Assembly: GCA_018267315.1 (NCBI GenBank)
Contig: JAFDYS010000050.1
Coordinates: 123 to 64,122 of the forward strand
Length of the DNA stretch: 64,000 nucleotides
Source of the DNA: Bacteroidota bacterium
GTDB lineage: Bacteria; Bacteroidota; Bacteroidia; Chitinophagales; UBA10324
Direction: 5' to 3'
Positions 28,423 to 37,281 of this stretch are shown one piece after another. The notes beneath the pieces are model-generated. The model saw nothing but the letters and a program-made list of their open reading frames with translations. It was not told where the DNA came from and ran no database searches. The translations under genes and the position numbers were made by a program. The first letter of the stretch is position 1. Each line of letters begins with the position of its first letter.

Positions 28423-29067
28423 ATGGGAAAGAAGAAACGGATCCGCCTGGCCGAAATGGAAAGTTTCCCCAATGTTTTTCAATTGCGAAGAGATCTGAAG
28501 GGTACGTGGAATGAAACCGTTTTCAGAAACCAGCAACCCATTGCGCTGGAACTGGCGTGCGGTAAAGGAGAATACACGCTGGCCCTTGCAAAACGGCACG
28601 CGGATAGAAACTTCATCGGGATTGACATCAAGGGCCCGCGCATCTGGCGCGGGGCTAAGACAGCATTGAATGACCAATTAAATAATGTCGCATTCCTGCG
28701 GACTTACATTGATCACATCACCGACTATTTTACCGCCGGCGAAGTGAGCGAAATATGGATCCTCTTTCCTGATCCATACCGCGAAAAAAGCAAAGCGCGC
28801 AAGCGGCTCACCTCACCCCTCTTCCTCGAACGATACAAACAAATCATAAAACCCGGCGGCCGCATCCACCTGAAAACCGATGATCTGCAACTTTATCAAT
28901 TCACATTGGAGTCATTGACGGAAGCCAAAGCGCAGATTTGGTTCAACACTGCTGATCTGTATGCCGCCCCGTTGCCGGATGAAGTATTGCAGGAGAAAAC
29001 ATTTTACGAACAAATGCACCTGCGTGCGGGAAAAAAAATCAAGTTCATTACATTCACTCTGAATTAG
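28423..29067 (+). CDS. trmB: tRNA (guanine-N7)-methyltransferase
   Basis: LELACGKGEYTLALAKRHADRNFIGIDIKG SAM-binding block and a FPDPY motif. Length is 214 aa. Confidence 0.85.
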   Translation: MGKKKRIRLAEMESFPNVFQLRRDLKGTWNETVFRNQQPIALELACGKGEYTLALAKRHADRNFIGIDIKGPRIWRGAKTALNDQLNNVAFLRTYIDHITDYFTAGEVSEIWILFPDPYREKSKARKRLTSPLFLERYKQIIKPGGRIHLKTDDLQLYQFTLESLTEAKAQIWFNTADLYAAPLPDEVLQEKTFYEQMHLRAGKKIKFITFTLN

Positions 29068-29078
29068 TACGGATCGAA

Positions 29079-29474
29079 ATGAAGAAGGAACCGGATTTTT
29101 TCGAACGGGTTTACCGCGTGGTGAGAAAAATTCCGCCGGGCAGAGTAACGAGCTACGGCGCGATTGCCAATTACCTTGGTACCGGGCTTTCTGCCCGAAC
29201 GGTGGGCTGGGCCATGAATTCAAGTCATGCGGCAATGCCGAAGGTGCCTGCGCATCGTGTGGTGAACCGGCTGGGGATGCTGACAGGCAAACATCATTTC
29301 TCCACTCCCACCCTCATGCAGGAATTACTCGAAGCAGAAGGAATAACGGTGGAAGATGATCAGATCACTGACTTTAGCGAACGGTTCTGGGATCCAGCAG
29401 GCAAAAGGCAAAAAAGTAAATCATCATTCCCTCCGAAACCGCGTTCACAAAAGAATGCGCGCCGTAAAAGATGA
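29079..29474 (+). CDS. Alkyltransferase-like (ATL) protein: MGMT DNA-binding domain without the acceptor Cys
   Basis: PPGRVTSYGAIANYLG...RTVGWAM...VPAHRVVN matches the MGMT/Atl fold, but the PCHRV cysteine is Ala. There is a basic C-terminal tail, KRQKSKSSFPPKPRSQKNARRKR. Confidence 0.7.
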   Translation: MKKEPDFFERVYRVVRKIPPGRVTSYGAIANYLGTGLSARTVGWAMNSSHAAMPKVPAHRVVNRLGMLTGKHHFSTPTLMQELLEAEGITVEDDQITDFSERFWDPAGKRQKSKSSFPPKPRSQKNARRKR

Positions 29475-29580
29475 CGACAGGAAAATTCAATCGGAATTTC
29501 ATTGCAGTTTCTTCAATGTGGCGCATCAGTGTCCGATTATTTTACAGAAATAATTTCAGCCGGGGTATAACTCATCGTTC

Positions 29581-31458
29581 ATGTGTGGCATAGTCGGACT
29601 CATCGTAAAAAATGATGCGGGGAAAAACTGGATGAAATTCCTTCCCGCGGCCACCCATGCACTCACCCTTCGCGGGCCCGATGCGGAACAACATTTCACT
29701 TCAGACGAAACGGCTTTCGGGCACTGCCGGCTTTCCATTATTGACCTGAGTGCTGAAGCCAACCAGCCGATGACAGTGAATGAACACGTGATCATTTACA
29801 ATGGCGAACTATTCAATTACCGGGAATTAAGAAAAGAACTGGAGAAAGACAGTGTTCCCTTCAGAACACATTCGGATACGGAAGTGCTGCTGCAACTCTT
29901 CAAGAAAAACGGGAGTGCGATGTTCGAATCACTCAATGGCTTTTTTGCTTTTGCCATTTACGATACGGTTAAGAAAACCTGTCTCATTGCACGTGACCGC
30001 TTCGGGGTAAAGCCGCTGTATTATTATGAAGACGGCAATTGCCTTGCTTTCGCATCTGAGATCAAAGCCCTGTTGCAATTTCCGATTACCAAAGAAATGG
30101 ATCACGAATCGCTGCTTGAATACCTTCAGCTCAATTACATACCCGGCCCGGCAACCATCTTCAGCAAAATCAAAAAACTGCAACCGGGACATTACATGAT
30201 GTGGGATGGCAGCCGCTGGCAGGTGAAGCGGTACTACTCCCTGCCGGAAGTGATCCCTCAAAAAATCAGAACAATGCGCTATGATGAGGCATGTACGCAA
30301 CTGTTCGGCTTGCTTGATGATGCCGTGCGACTGCGACTGATCAGCGATGTGCCGTTGGGTTCATTCCTAAGCGGCGGAATTGATTCAAGCATTATCAGCG
30401 GACTCGCCTCGCGGCATACCGGCCAGCTCAAGACTTTTTCGATCGGGTATGCTGAACACGGATTTTTTGATGAGACGGATTATGCACGCACTGTTGCCAG
30501 GCATTTTGCCACTGACCACACCGTTTTCTCCTTGTCGAGAACTGACCTGCATGAATCACTGGATGCCGTGCTGGATTATCTCGATGAACCATTCGGTGAT
30601 TCTTCCGCACTTCCGGTTTACATCCTCAGCAAACTCACGCGGCAGCATGTAAAAGTGGCTCTCAGCGGCGACGGGGCTGACGAACTCTTCGGCGGCTACC
30701 AAAAACACATAGCGCATTACCGGGCTGCTCATCCGCGGCTGGCCGAAAGGAGCACCGCATTGCTTGATCCCATCTGGAGAAGATTTCCAAAATCACGCAA
30801 CAGTCTTTTCAGCAACCGGATAAGGCAGTTCAATCGCTTTGCTGCGGGATACAGAATGGATCCCGCATCGCGCTATTGGCGGTGGTGCTCAATTGCCGAC
30901 TTGGATCAGTCAGCGGAAATGCTGAAACAATTCGATGAACAGGTGGCAAGCGAAAGAAGGCAGGCTCATACGCAATGGATTCAATCCGTCAGCGGTTTGA
31001 ATGATATTATGATGAATGATGTGCACTTTGTGTTGCCCGATGATATGCTTCGCAAAGTGGATTCCATGTCGATGGCGAACGGACTGGAAGTGCGCACGCC
31101 GTTTCTGGATTACCGCATCGCCGAATTCGCTTTCAGTATTCCCGCCTCATTCAAACTGGAACGCATGCACCGTAAAAAAATTGTTCATGATGCCTTTAGA
31201 AAATTTCTGCCTGCTGAACTCTATCACCGCCCGAAACGTGGCTTCGAAATCCCCCTTCATAGTTTTCTAACTACTGAATTGAAATTAAAAGTTGATGAAA
31301 TCACATCAGCCGGTTTTCTCGCTGAACAAGGAATATTTTCTGCACCGGCGGTGCAACAACTCAAGCAACAGCTATTCTCTCCTGATCCTGAAGACAGCGC
31401 GGCGCGGATGTGGGGCTTGCTGGTTTTTCAGCACTGGTGGAAAAAAGTGATGCAGTAA
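29581..31458 (+). CDS. asnB: Asparagine synthase (glutamine-hydrolysing) family amidotransferase
   Basis: N-terminal MCGIVG (Ntn Cys2) and the SGGIDSS PP-loop. Length is 625 aa. Confidence 0.85.
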   Translation: MCGIVGLIVKNDAGKNWMKFLPAATHALTLRGPDAEQHFTSDETAFGHCRLSIIDLSAEANQPMTVNEHVIIYNGELFNYRELRKELEKDSVPFRTHSDTEVLLQLFKKNGSAMFESLNGFFAFAIYDTVKKTCLIARDRFGVKPLYYYEDGNCLAFASEIKALLQFPITKEMDHESLLEYLQLNYIPGPATIFSKIKKLQPGHYMMWDGSRWQVKRYYSLPEVIPQKIRTMRYDEACTQLFGLLDDAVRLRLISDVPLGSFLSGGIDSSIISGLASRHTGQLKTFSIGYAEHGFFDETDYARTVARHFATDHTVFSLSRTDLHESLDAVLDYLDEPFGDSSALPVYILSKLTRQHVKVALSGDGADELFGGYQKHIAHYRAAHPRLAERSTALLDPIWRRFPKSRNSLFSNRIRQFNRFAAGYRMDPASRYWRWCSIADLDQSAEMLKQFDEQVASERRQAHTQWIQSVSGLNDIMMNDVHFVLPDDMLRKVDSMSMANGLEVRTPFLDYRIAEFAFSIPASFKLERMHRKKIVHDAFRKFLPAELYHRPKRGFEIPLHSFLTTELKLKVDEITSAGFLAEQGIFSAPAVQQLKQQLFSPDPEDSAARMWGLLVFQHWWKKVMQ

Positions 31459-31546
31459 GTTGATTGTTGCTGCTACCCGGAAAGAAAAATGAGTGACAGA
31501 ACGGTGGAACATTAAATTTGTCCGCGGGGGGTGGTACTGACAACGC

Positions 31547-32737
31547 ATGCCGCGCATCTTAAGATTAATTAACCGTCTGAACTTAGGGGGTCCGACTTTC
31601 AACGCCGCATACCTGACGAAGTATCTCGCACCGGAATACGAGACGCTTCTTGTTGCAGGAATGATTGATGATTCAGAAGCAAGTTCTGCCTTCATTCTGG
31701 AGGACATGGAGTTGGCCCCGATTTATATTCCGCAGATGTACCGCGAGGTAGACCCGGTGAATGATTTCCGCGCTTATCAAAATCTGAAGAAGATCATTCA
31801 GGATTTCAAACCGGATATCGTTCACACCCATGCGGCAAAAGCCGGTGCGCTCGGGCGGCTCGCTGCCAATGCCTGTAAAGTACCGGTTGTGGTGCATACC
31901 TTTCACGGTCATGTGTTCCACTCTTATTTCTCAAAATGGAAAAGCAATGCATTCGTCAGCATTGAAAGGTATTTGGCCAAAAAGAGCGATTGCATCATCG
32001 CCATCAGTGAAAAACAAAAGCGTGAACTGAGTGAAGAGTTCAGGATTTGTGAACCGGAAAAAATTGCCGTAGTGCCGCTCGGTTTTGATCTCAAACGGTT
32101 CACCGAAGATCAACAGATCAAACGCAACCGGTTTCGCACCAGATTCGGCCTGGCGGATGATGACATTGCCATGGTAATCGTAGGGCGGCTTGTTCCGGTG
32201 AAGAATCATTCACTTTTTCTTCATGCCTTTGCCAGCATTGCGAAACGTACGGGTAAAAAAGTGAAAGCAATTATTGTGGGTGACGGAGAAGAACGCCTGA
32301 AGATTGACAAACTGGCCGTTTCACTGGGTCTGTCCGTTCATCAGCCATTCGCTCTTCATGATGATGATGCGCAGGTAGTGTTCACATCATGGATGAAGGA
32401 GGTGGATGAGGCCTATGCCGGAAGCGATATTGTCGCGCTTTCTTCATGGAATGAAGGAACACCGGTAAGCATCATTGAAGCGCTGGCTTCGGGCAGGCCG
32501 GTGGTGACCACAGATGTAGGCGGCATCAGCGACATTGTAACACACCGGAGAAACGGGCTGGTGGTGCCAAGCAACAATGAAGCGGCTTTCACAGAGGCAC
32601 TTGGTGAACTGGTTGAAAACCGTGACCTGCGTGAATCCATGGGCCGGGTTGACGAACATGTGATTCTGAACAAGTTTAGCTACCAGCGGCTTATTGCAGA
32701 TATGAAAAATCTGTATGATCGGTTACTCCGAAACTAA
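31547..32737 (+). CDS. Glycosyltransferase family 4 (GT-B)
   Basis: NLGGPTFNAAYL at the N-terminus and a C-terminal EGTPVSIIEALASGRPVVTTDVGG (E-x7-E region). Confidence 0.8.
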   Translation: MPRILRLINRLNLGGPTFNAAYLTKYLAPEYETLLVAGMIDDSEASSAFILEDMELAPIYIPQMYREVDPVNDFRAYQNLKKIIQDFKPDIVHTHAAKAGALGRLAANACKVPVVVHTFHGHVFHSYFSKWKSNAFVSIERYLAKKSDCIIAISEKQKRELSEEFRICEPEKIAVVPLGFDLKRFTEDQQIKRNRFRTRFGLADDDIAMVIVGRLVPVKNHSLFLHAFASIAKRTGKKVKAIIVGDGEERLKIDKLAVSLGLSVHQPFALHDDDAQVVFTSWMKEVDEAYAGSDIVALSSWNEGTPVSIIEALASGRPVVTTDVGGISDIVTHRRNGLVVPSNNEAAFTEALGELVENRDLRESMGRVDEHVILNKFSYQRLIADMKNLYDRLLRN

Positions 32738-32853
32738 AAGTGACTTATTTGCGTACTTTTAACTCGCTGGTTCAGGACAAGTTTCAAGAGCAAACACAGC
32801 AACAGAATTTTTGATTGGCGCAATGGACATTCATAGATTAAAATGAAAATGGC

Positions 32854-33594
32854 TTGAAACGACTTAGCATTTTATTACCGGTGCTGTTGCTTCTGAATTC
32901 CTGCAAAGTTTTTTATCCCGATCGGCTCTTCAAGATTGATAAGGAAAAGTTGGCTATGGCTGACACGGTGCGCACTGCAAAACAGTATCAGATTCGCCCC
33001 GGTGACTTCATTAATCTCGGCGTTTTCTCCAACAACGGCTACCAGTTAATAGATGTGCTTACTCCCAGCGGCACCTCCTTTTCTCCGGTTCAGTTCCTGG
33101 TTAAAGCCAGCGGCTATGCATCGCTGCCGATGCTTGATTCCATTCGCATGGAGGGATTGACCATTGATCAGGCCGAGAAAATGCTGGCACAGAAATACAG
33201 TTATTACTTCGTGAATCCCTTTATCAGAATTGAAGTCACCAATCGGAATGTTTACATATTCCGCGGCCGTGGCAATGCGGAGATAGTCACGCTGATGCGG
33301 GATAATATGAACCTGCTTGAGGTTATTGCTGAAGCCGGTGGTATTCCGGTAGGCGCTAAGGCATTTCGCGTGCGGGTACTCCGCGGAAACCCAAACTCTC
33401 CCACCGTTTTTGATATTGATCTCTCAACCGTGGAGGGCATGCAGAAAGCAAATCTCACCATGGTGGCGGATGATATTGTTTACATTGAAACCCGCATCAC
33501 ATTCGGTGATGTATTCGCGCAGTTTACTCCATTCTTTGCCGCGTTTGCAACATTGCTTGCATTGTATGTGACCATAGATGCCACATTTAAGTGA
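32854..33594 (+). CDS. Polysaccharide export outer-membrane lipoprotein (Wza-like)
   Basis: TTG start. Lipoprotein signal LLLLNSC. YQIRPGDFINLGVF Poly_export motif and an SLBB-like region. Confidence 0.7.
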   Translation: MKRLSILLPVLLLLNSCKVFYPDRLFKIDKEKLAMADTVRTAKQYQIRPGDFINLGVFSNNGYQLIDVLTPSGTSFSPVQFLVKASGYASLPMLDSIRMEGLTIDQAEKMLAQKYSYYFVNPFIRIEVTNRNVYIFRGRGNAEIVTLMRDNMNLLEVIAEAGGIPVGAKAFRVRVLRGNPNSPTVFDIDLSTVEGMQKANLTMVADDIVYIETRITFGDVFAQFTPFFAAFATLLALYVTIDATFK

Positions 33595-36041
33595 TGAGTG
33601 AGAATAAGACCATATTGAGTCCGATGCAGCGTTTGCTGGGTGAAGATTTCAACCCGGCGCTGCTCATGATTATGGTGCGCAAGAGTTTGATCTGGTGCAT
33701 CCTCATCATGCTGGTCACCGTTTCTTCATCTCTGCTGTACCTGAGGTATACGCCACCGGTTTACGAAGTGAATGCGGCATTGATTGTTAAACCAACCAAT
33801 ACCGCCCAGGCACTGGATATCCCCATCATCGGTTCTGCGGGAAAAGGATCCAATCTTGACATTGATAAAGACATCCAGATCATGAGGTCCAATGTGATCC
33901 TTGACCGGGTGATTGACACGCTCAATTTGGGGATCAGTTATTTTCTTGCCGGAAAAATTCTGAATGAAGAATTATATCCCAATCCGCCTTTCACTGTCAG
34001 TCTGGAGAAATCGGATGACAACATCAGCAATTATCCCATCCGTTTCCGCATTCTGAATAACCAGCAATATCAAATCAATTTTGTTCCCGGCAGTTCATCA
34101 GAACAGGATTGGAAAACGCTCAACTTCGGAAAACGATATACCTACCCGCATATCACTTTCTCCATTACCCTGAATGAACGAGGGCGATCGGCTGAAGGAG
34201 CAACTAACACATCTGATTATTTCTTCATCATCAACTCACACGCCCGGTTGGCTGATAATCTGCGATCGAAACTCATGATTGCTCCGTCACTGCCCACTAT
34301 TGGAATGATCATGCGCGACCTCAAATCAAAGAAAGCCGCTGATATCCTGAACCGGGTAGCGATTGAATTTATCCGGTACGACAAGGAAAAGAAAACCGAG
34401 AGTGCTACCCTCATCCTGAAATTTATTGAAGACCAGGTGGATTCCATCAGTGAAGATCTGCGCGATTATGAAGATCAGATGACTGACTTCAAGCTGCAGA
34501 ACGGAATCGCCATTACTTCCATGGAGAGTGATATTTCTGATGAACTGAAAGGATTGCAGGCGAGGCAGGAACAACTAAGTATTGAACTGAGCACACTGGA
34601 CTACTATCGCAAATTCTTCATTCAATACCAGGATTCATCCCGATTGCTGTATGGCATCATGGATCAGCAGCACACCGGTCTTTACAATAACATGGTTGAA
34701 TTGAACCGACTTCAAACGGAGTTGCGGATTAATTCACTAAAGCTGACCCCTACAAATCCTCAGATCATTGATCTGCAAAAACAAGTAGCTGATGTAAAAA
34801 ACAACATTCTCAGCAGCATCCTGAAAGAACAGGAACAGGTAAGGGAAAATCAAAAAGAAGTGGAAAAGAAGATTGATGCCTACCTGGCCAAGTTTGCTAA
34901 CGTGCCCGGCATTCAATCAGAATACATGCGGCTGGCCCGACTCAGTGATTTGAAAGAGAAGTACTACTTGCTCTTACTGGATAAAAAGAGCGCCTTCAGT
35001 ATAACCAAAGCCGGATTTGTTTCCGACTATACCATCCTGAGAATGGCCGATGCAGTTACTACGCCTATTTCACCCAACGTTACGCTTATTCGCCTCTTGG
35101 GGCTGGTTCTGGGGTTGATGCTGTGCCTGATCCTGATCATCGTGCGCTACCTGCTCCACCACAAGATTCTTTCCATTGCAGAAATTCAACGCTACACCGA
35201 TGCCGGCATACTTGGAGTGATACCAAAGTATCATCAAACGATGGATGTATCGCAACTGGTGGTGAACAAAAGTCCCAAGTCAGTTATCTCAGAATGTTTT
35301 CGCGCCATGCGTACTAATCTTGAGTACGTGTCGCCGGATAAGCCGCCCCGCCTCATTGCAGTTACCTCCACTGTAGCGGGCGAAGGAAAGACCTTTATTT
35401 CAGTAAATATCGCGGGGATACTTGCCGTGGCGGGCAAGAAAGTGATCCTGGTTGACTTTGACCTTCGAAAACCCCAGTTGCACCGGGCTTTCAGCGTCGA
35501 AAATCAAAAAGGCATAAGCACCTTGCTCATCGGTAAATACAAGTTGGATGACTGCATCCGTCATTCTGAATGGGAAAATCTCGACTACATCACCTCCGGC
35601 CCGTTACCTCCCAATCCGGCAGAATTTCTGGATTCAAAAGTGACCGATAAGCTCATCGCGCAACTTATGGAGCGATATGACGTAGTAGTGGTAGATACGC
35701 CTCCTGTTGGTATTGTTACGGATGCACTGGAATTATTAAAGAAGGCCGATGTGCCTATCTATATTATGCGAGCCGATTATTCAAGCCGGAATTTCTTAAA
35801 CAACGTGAATCACCTCTACCTCAATCACGGCATTCAGCGACTTTCAGTGGTATTGAATGATATGGGAGAAGGTGCATCCATTTACTCATACAATTACGGT
35901 TACGGTTACGGTTACGGATATGGCTACGGCTATAGGGGATATGGTTACAGCCAGTTCGGACACCAATATTATTCGGATGACCTTCCGAAGAAAAAAACCT
36001 GGGCCGGAAAATTTGCCCAATTTGTCAGATCTCTTTTCTAA
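33594..36041 (+). CDS. Polysaccharide co-polymerase / tyrosine autokinase (Wzc-like BY-kinase)
   Basis: Two TM segments flank a long coiled periplasmic region. Walker A TVAGEGKT, Walker A' ILVDFDLRKP, Walker B VVVVDTPP. Tyr-rich tail YSYNYGYGYGYGYGYGYRGYGYSQFGHQYY. The start overlaps the stop of the upstream gene. Confidence 0.85.
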   Translation: MSENKTILSPMQRLLGEDFNPALLMIMVRKSLIWCILIMLVTVSSSLLYLRYTPPVYEVNAALIVKPTNTAQALDIPIIGSAGKGSNLDIDKDIQIMRSNVILDRVIDTLNLGISYFLAGKILNEELYPNPPFTVSLEKSDDNISNYPIRFRILNNQQYQINFVPGSSSEQDWKTLNFGKRYTYPHITFSITLNERGRSAEGATNTSDYFFIINSHARLADNLRSKLMIAPSLPTIGMIMRDLKSKKAADILNRVAIEFIRYDKEKKTESATLILKFIEDQVDSISEDLRDYEDQMTDFKLQNGIAITSMESDISDELKGLQARQEQLSIELSTLDYYRKFFIQYQDSSRLLYGIMDQQHTGLYNNMVELNRLQTELRINSLKLTPTNPQIIDLQKQVADVKNNILSSILKEQEQVRENQKEVEKKIDAYLAKFANVPGIQSEYMRLARLSDLKEKYYLLLLDKKSAFSITKAGFVSDYTILRMADAVTTPISPNVTLIRLLGLVLGLMLCLILIIVRYLLHHKILSIAEIQRYTDAGILGVIPKYHQTMDVSQLVVNKSPKSVISECFRAMRTNLEYVSPDKPPRLIAVTSTVAGEGKTFISVNIAGILAVAGKKVILVDFDLRKPQLHRAFSVENQKGISTLLIGKYKLDDCIRHSEWENLDYITSGPLPPNPAEFLDSKVTDKLIAQLMERYDVVVVDTPPVGIVTDALELLKKADVPIYIMRADYSSRNFLNNVNHLYLNHGIQRLSVVLNDMGEGASIYSYNYGYGYGYGYGYGYRGYGYSQFGHQYYSDDLPKKKTWAGKFAQFVRSLF
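35895..35948 (+). repeat. In-frame hexanucleotide tandem repeat (TACGGT-like units) encoding (Tyr-Gly)n
   Basis: TACGGT x3 perfect, then TACGGA TATGGC TACGGC TAT AGG GGA TAT GGT TAC. Confidence 0.9.
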
Positions 36042-36070
36042 ACTTGCAACAACACCAAACCTTACCCACC

Positions 36071-37216
36071 ATGGATTCCCAGCTTGTGTTGAGTTTGATC
36101 TTTGCACTTTTCTTTACAGTAGCTATTGTTTTTTCATATGTGATCAACGGGTTACTGCTGAAGTTTTCCAGATCGCTCGGTAGCCGTACTGATCACAGCA
36201 CGCATATCATCAGATGGGCCTCTCCCCTAAAACCGTCACTGGGTGGATTTTCATTTTACATTCTCTTTCTGATTTCATTGTCTGCATTCGGATTTGTGGC
36301 ACACGCTTCCAATGATTTCTTTTCAAGTTCTCTGTTCGGTATTGTGCTGGCTGTAAACTTTGGCTTTCTGCTTGGACTCACAGATGATGCATACAATACT
36401 ATTCCCCTCCTGAAATTCTGCGCTCAGATATTCTGCGGATTAGTCCTCATTTTCACCAATACCATGATTCACGCTACCGGCATCTTTACCATTGATGCTC
36501 TCGTAACCCTGCTTTGGGTAGTAGGACTGATGAACTCCATTAACATGCTTGACAACATGGATGGCATCAGCGGTTCCGTTTCCCTGCTGATTCTCGCAGC
36601 CATGGTAGTGGTGCTGGGGGTTGAACATAGCTTCTTCTCCGTCACCGCACTGATGATGCTTGCAGTAGGTGGTTCACTGATTGGCTTCCTGTTTCATAAT
36701 GCGCATCCTTCCCGCATTTACATGGGTGATACCGGCAGTCAGTTTCTCGGCGTTTTTATAGCCGCCCTTTCCATTCAGGTTCTCTGGAAATACCATGAAC
36801 CAGTCGGCAGTGTGGTGCAACTCAAACAATTTCTTATTCCCCTGATGGCCTTCTCAGTGCCCTTGATTGATACCACCACTGTGGTGATTCACCGCATTGC
36901 ACGCGGCCAATCGCCGTTTGTGGGAGGAAGAGATCACATCACCCACCACTTTGCCTATGCCGGACTGAAGGATAAACAGGTTATGTATCTATTGGGCGGA
37001 TGGACGGCTCTCTCCGGTCTGCTTACCGTGCTAATGATTTACTATTACCAGCAAGTGACCCTTACCATGGTGATTGCCGGGTATTCATTTATCATCTGTT
37101 CTTTCCTTGCCACTCAGTATTTCTATGATCTCGGCAAACGACGCGAAAGCAAACACGAAAAATCAAAATCATTCCAGCCCGCGGCATTCCCTGCCAAGCA
37201 ATCTGTAACGGCCTGA
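36071..37216 (+). CDS. Undecaprenyl-phosphate sugar-1-phosphate transferase (WecA/MraY family)
   Basis: About ten TM helices. NMLDNMDG and MGDTGSQFLG motifs. I chose the ATG at 36071 over the TTG at 36044. Confidence 0.8.
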   Translation: MDSQLVLSLIFALFFTVAIVFSYVINGLLLKFSRSLGSRTDHSTHIIRWASPLKPSLGGFSFYILFLISLSAFGFVAHASNDFFSSSLFGIVLAVNFGFLLGLTDDAYNTIPLLKFCAQIFCGLVLIFTNTMIHATGIFTIDALVTLLWVVGLMNSINMLDNMDGISGSVSLLILAAMVVVLGVEHSFFSVTALMMLAVGGSLIGFLFHNAHPSRIYMGDTGSQFLGVFIAALSIQVLWKYHEPVGSVVQLKQFLIPLMAFSVPLIDTTTVVIHRIARGQSPFVGGRDHITHHFAYAGLKDKQVMYLLGGWTALSGLLTVLMIYYYQQVTLTMVIAGYSFIICSFLATQYFYDLGKRRESKHEKSKSFQPAAFPAKQSVTA

Positions 37217-37281
37217 TTGCTCCCGATGGCCGTTTACGTACCTGAGTAACTGAAACCGCTTGTTTACTTTTGCGGGCGGTT

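Noticed and set aside
35857-36183. Alternative-frame ORFs across the (YG)n repeat (35857..36183 plus strand, 35886..36107 minus strand), and the question of whether the repeat is a CRISPR-like or minisatellite array.
   Set aside because: The repeat unit is 6 nt with no spacers, is in frame with the BY-kinase and encodes its Tyr cluster. The other frames give TVTVTV-type artefacts.
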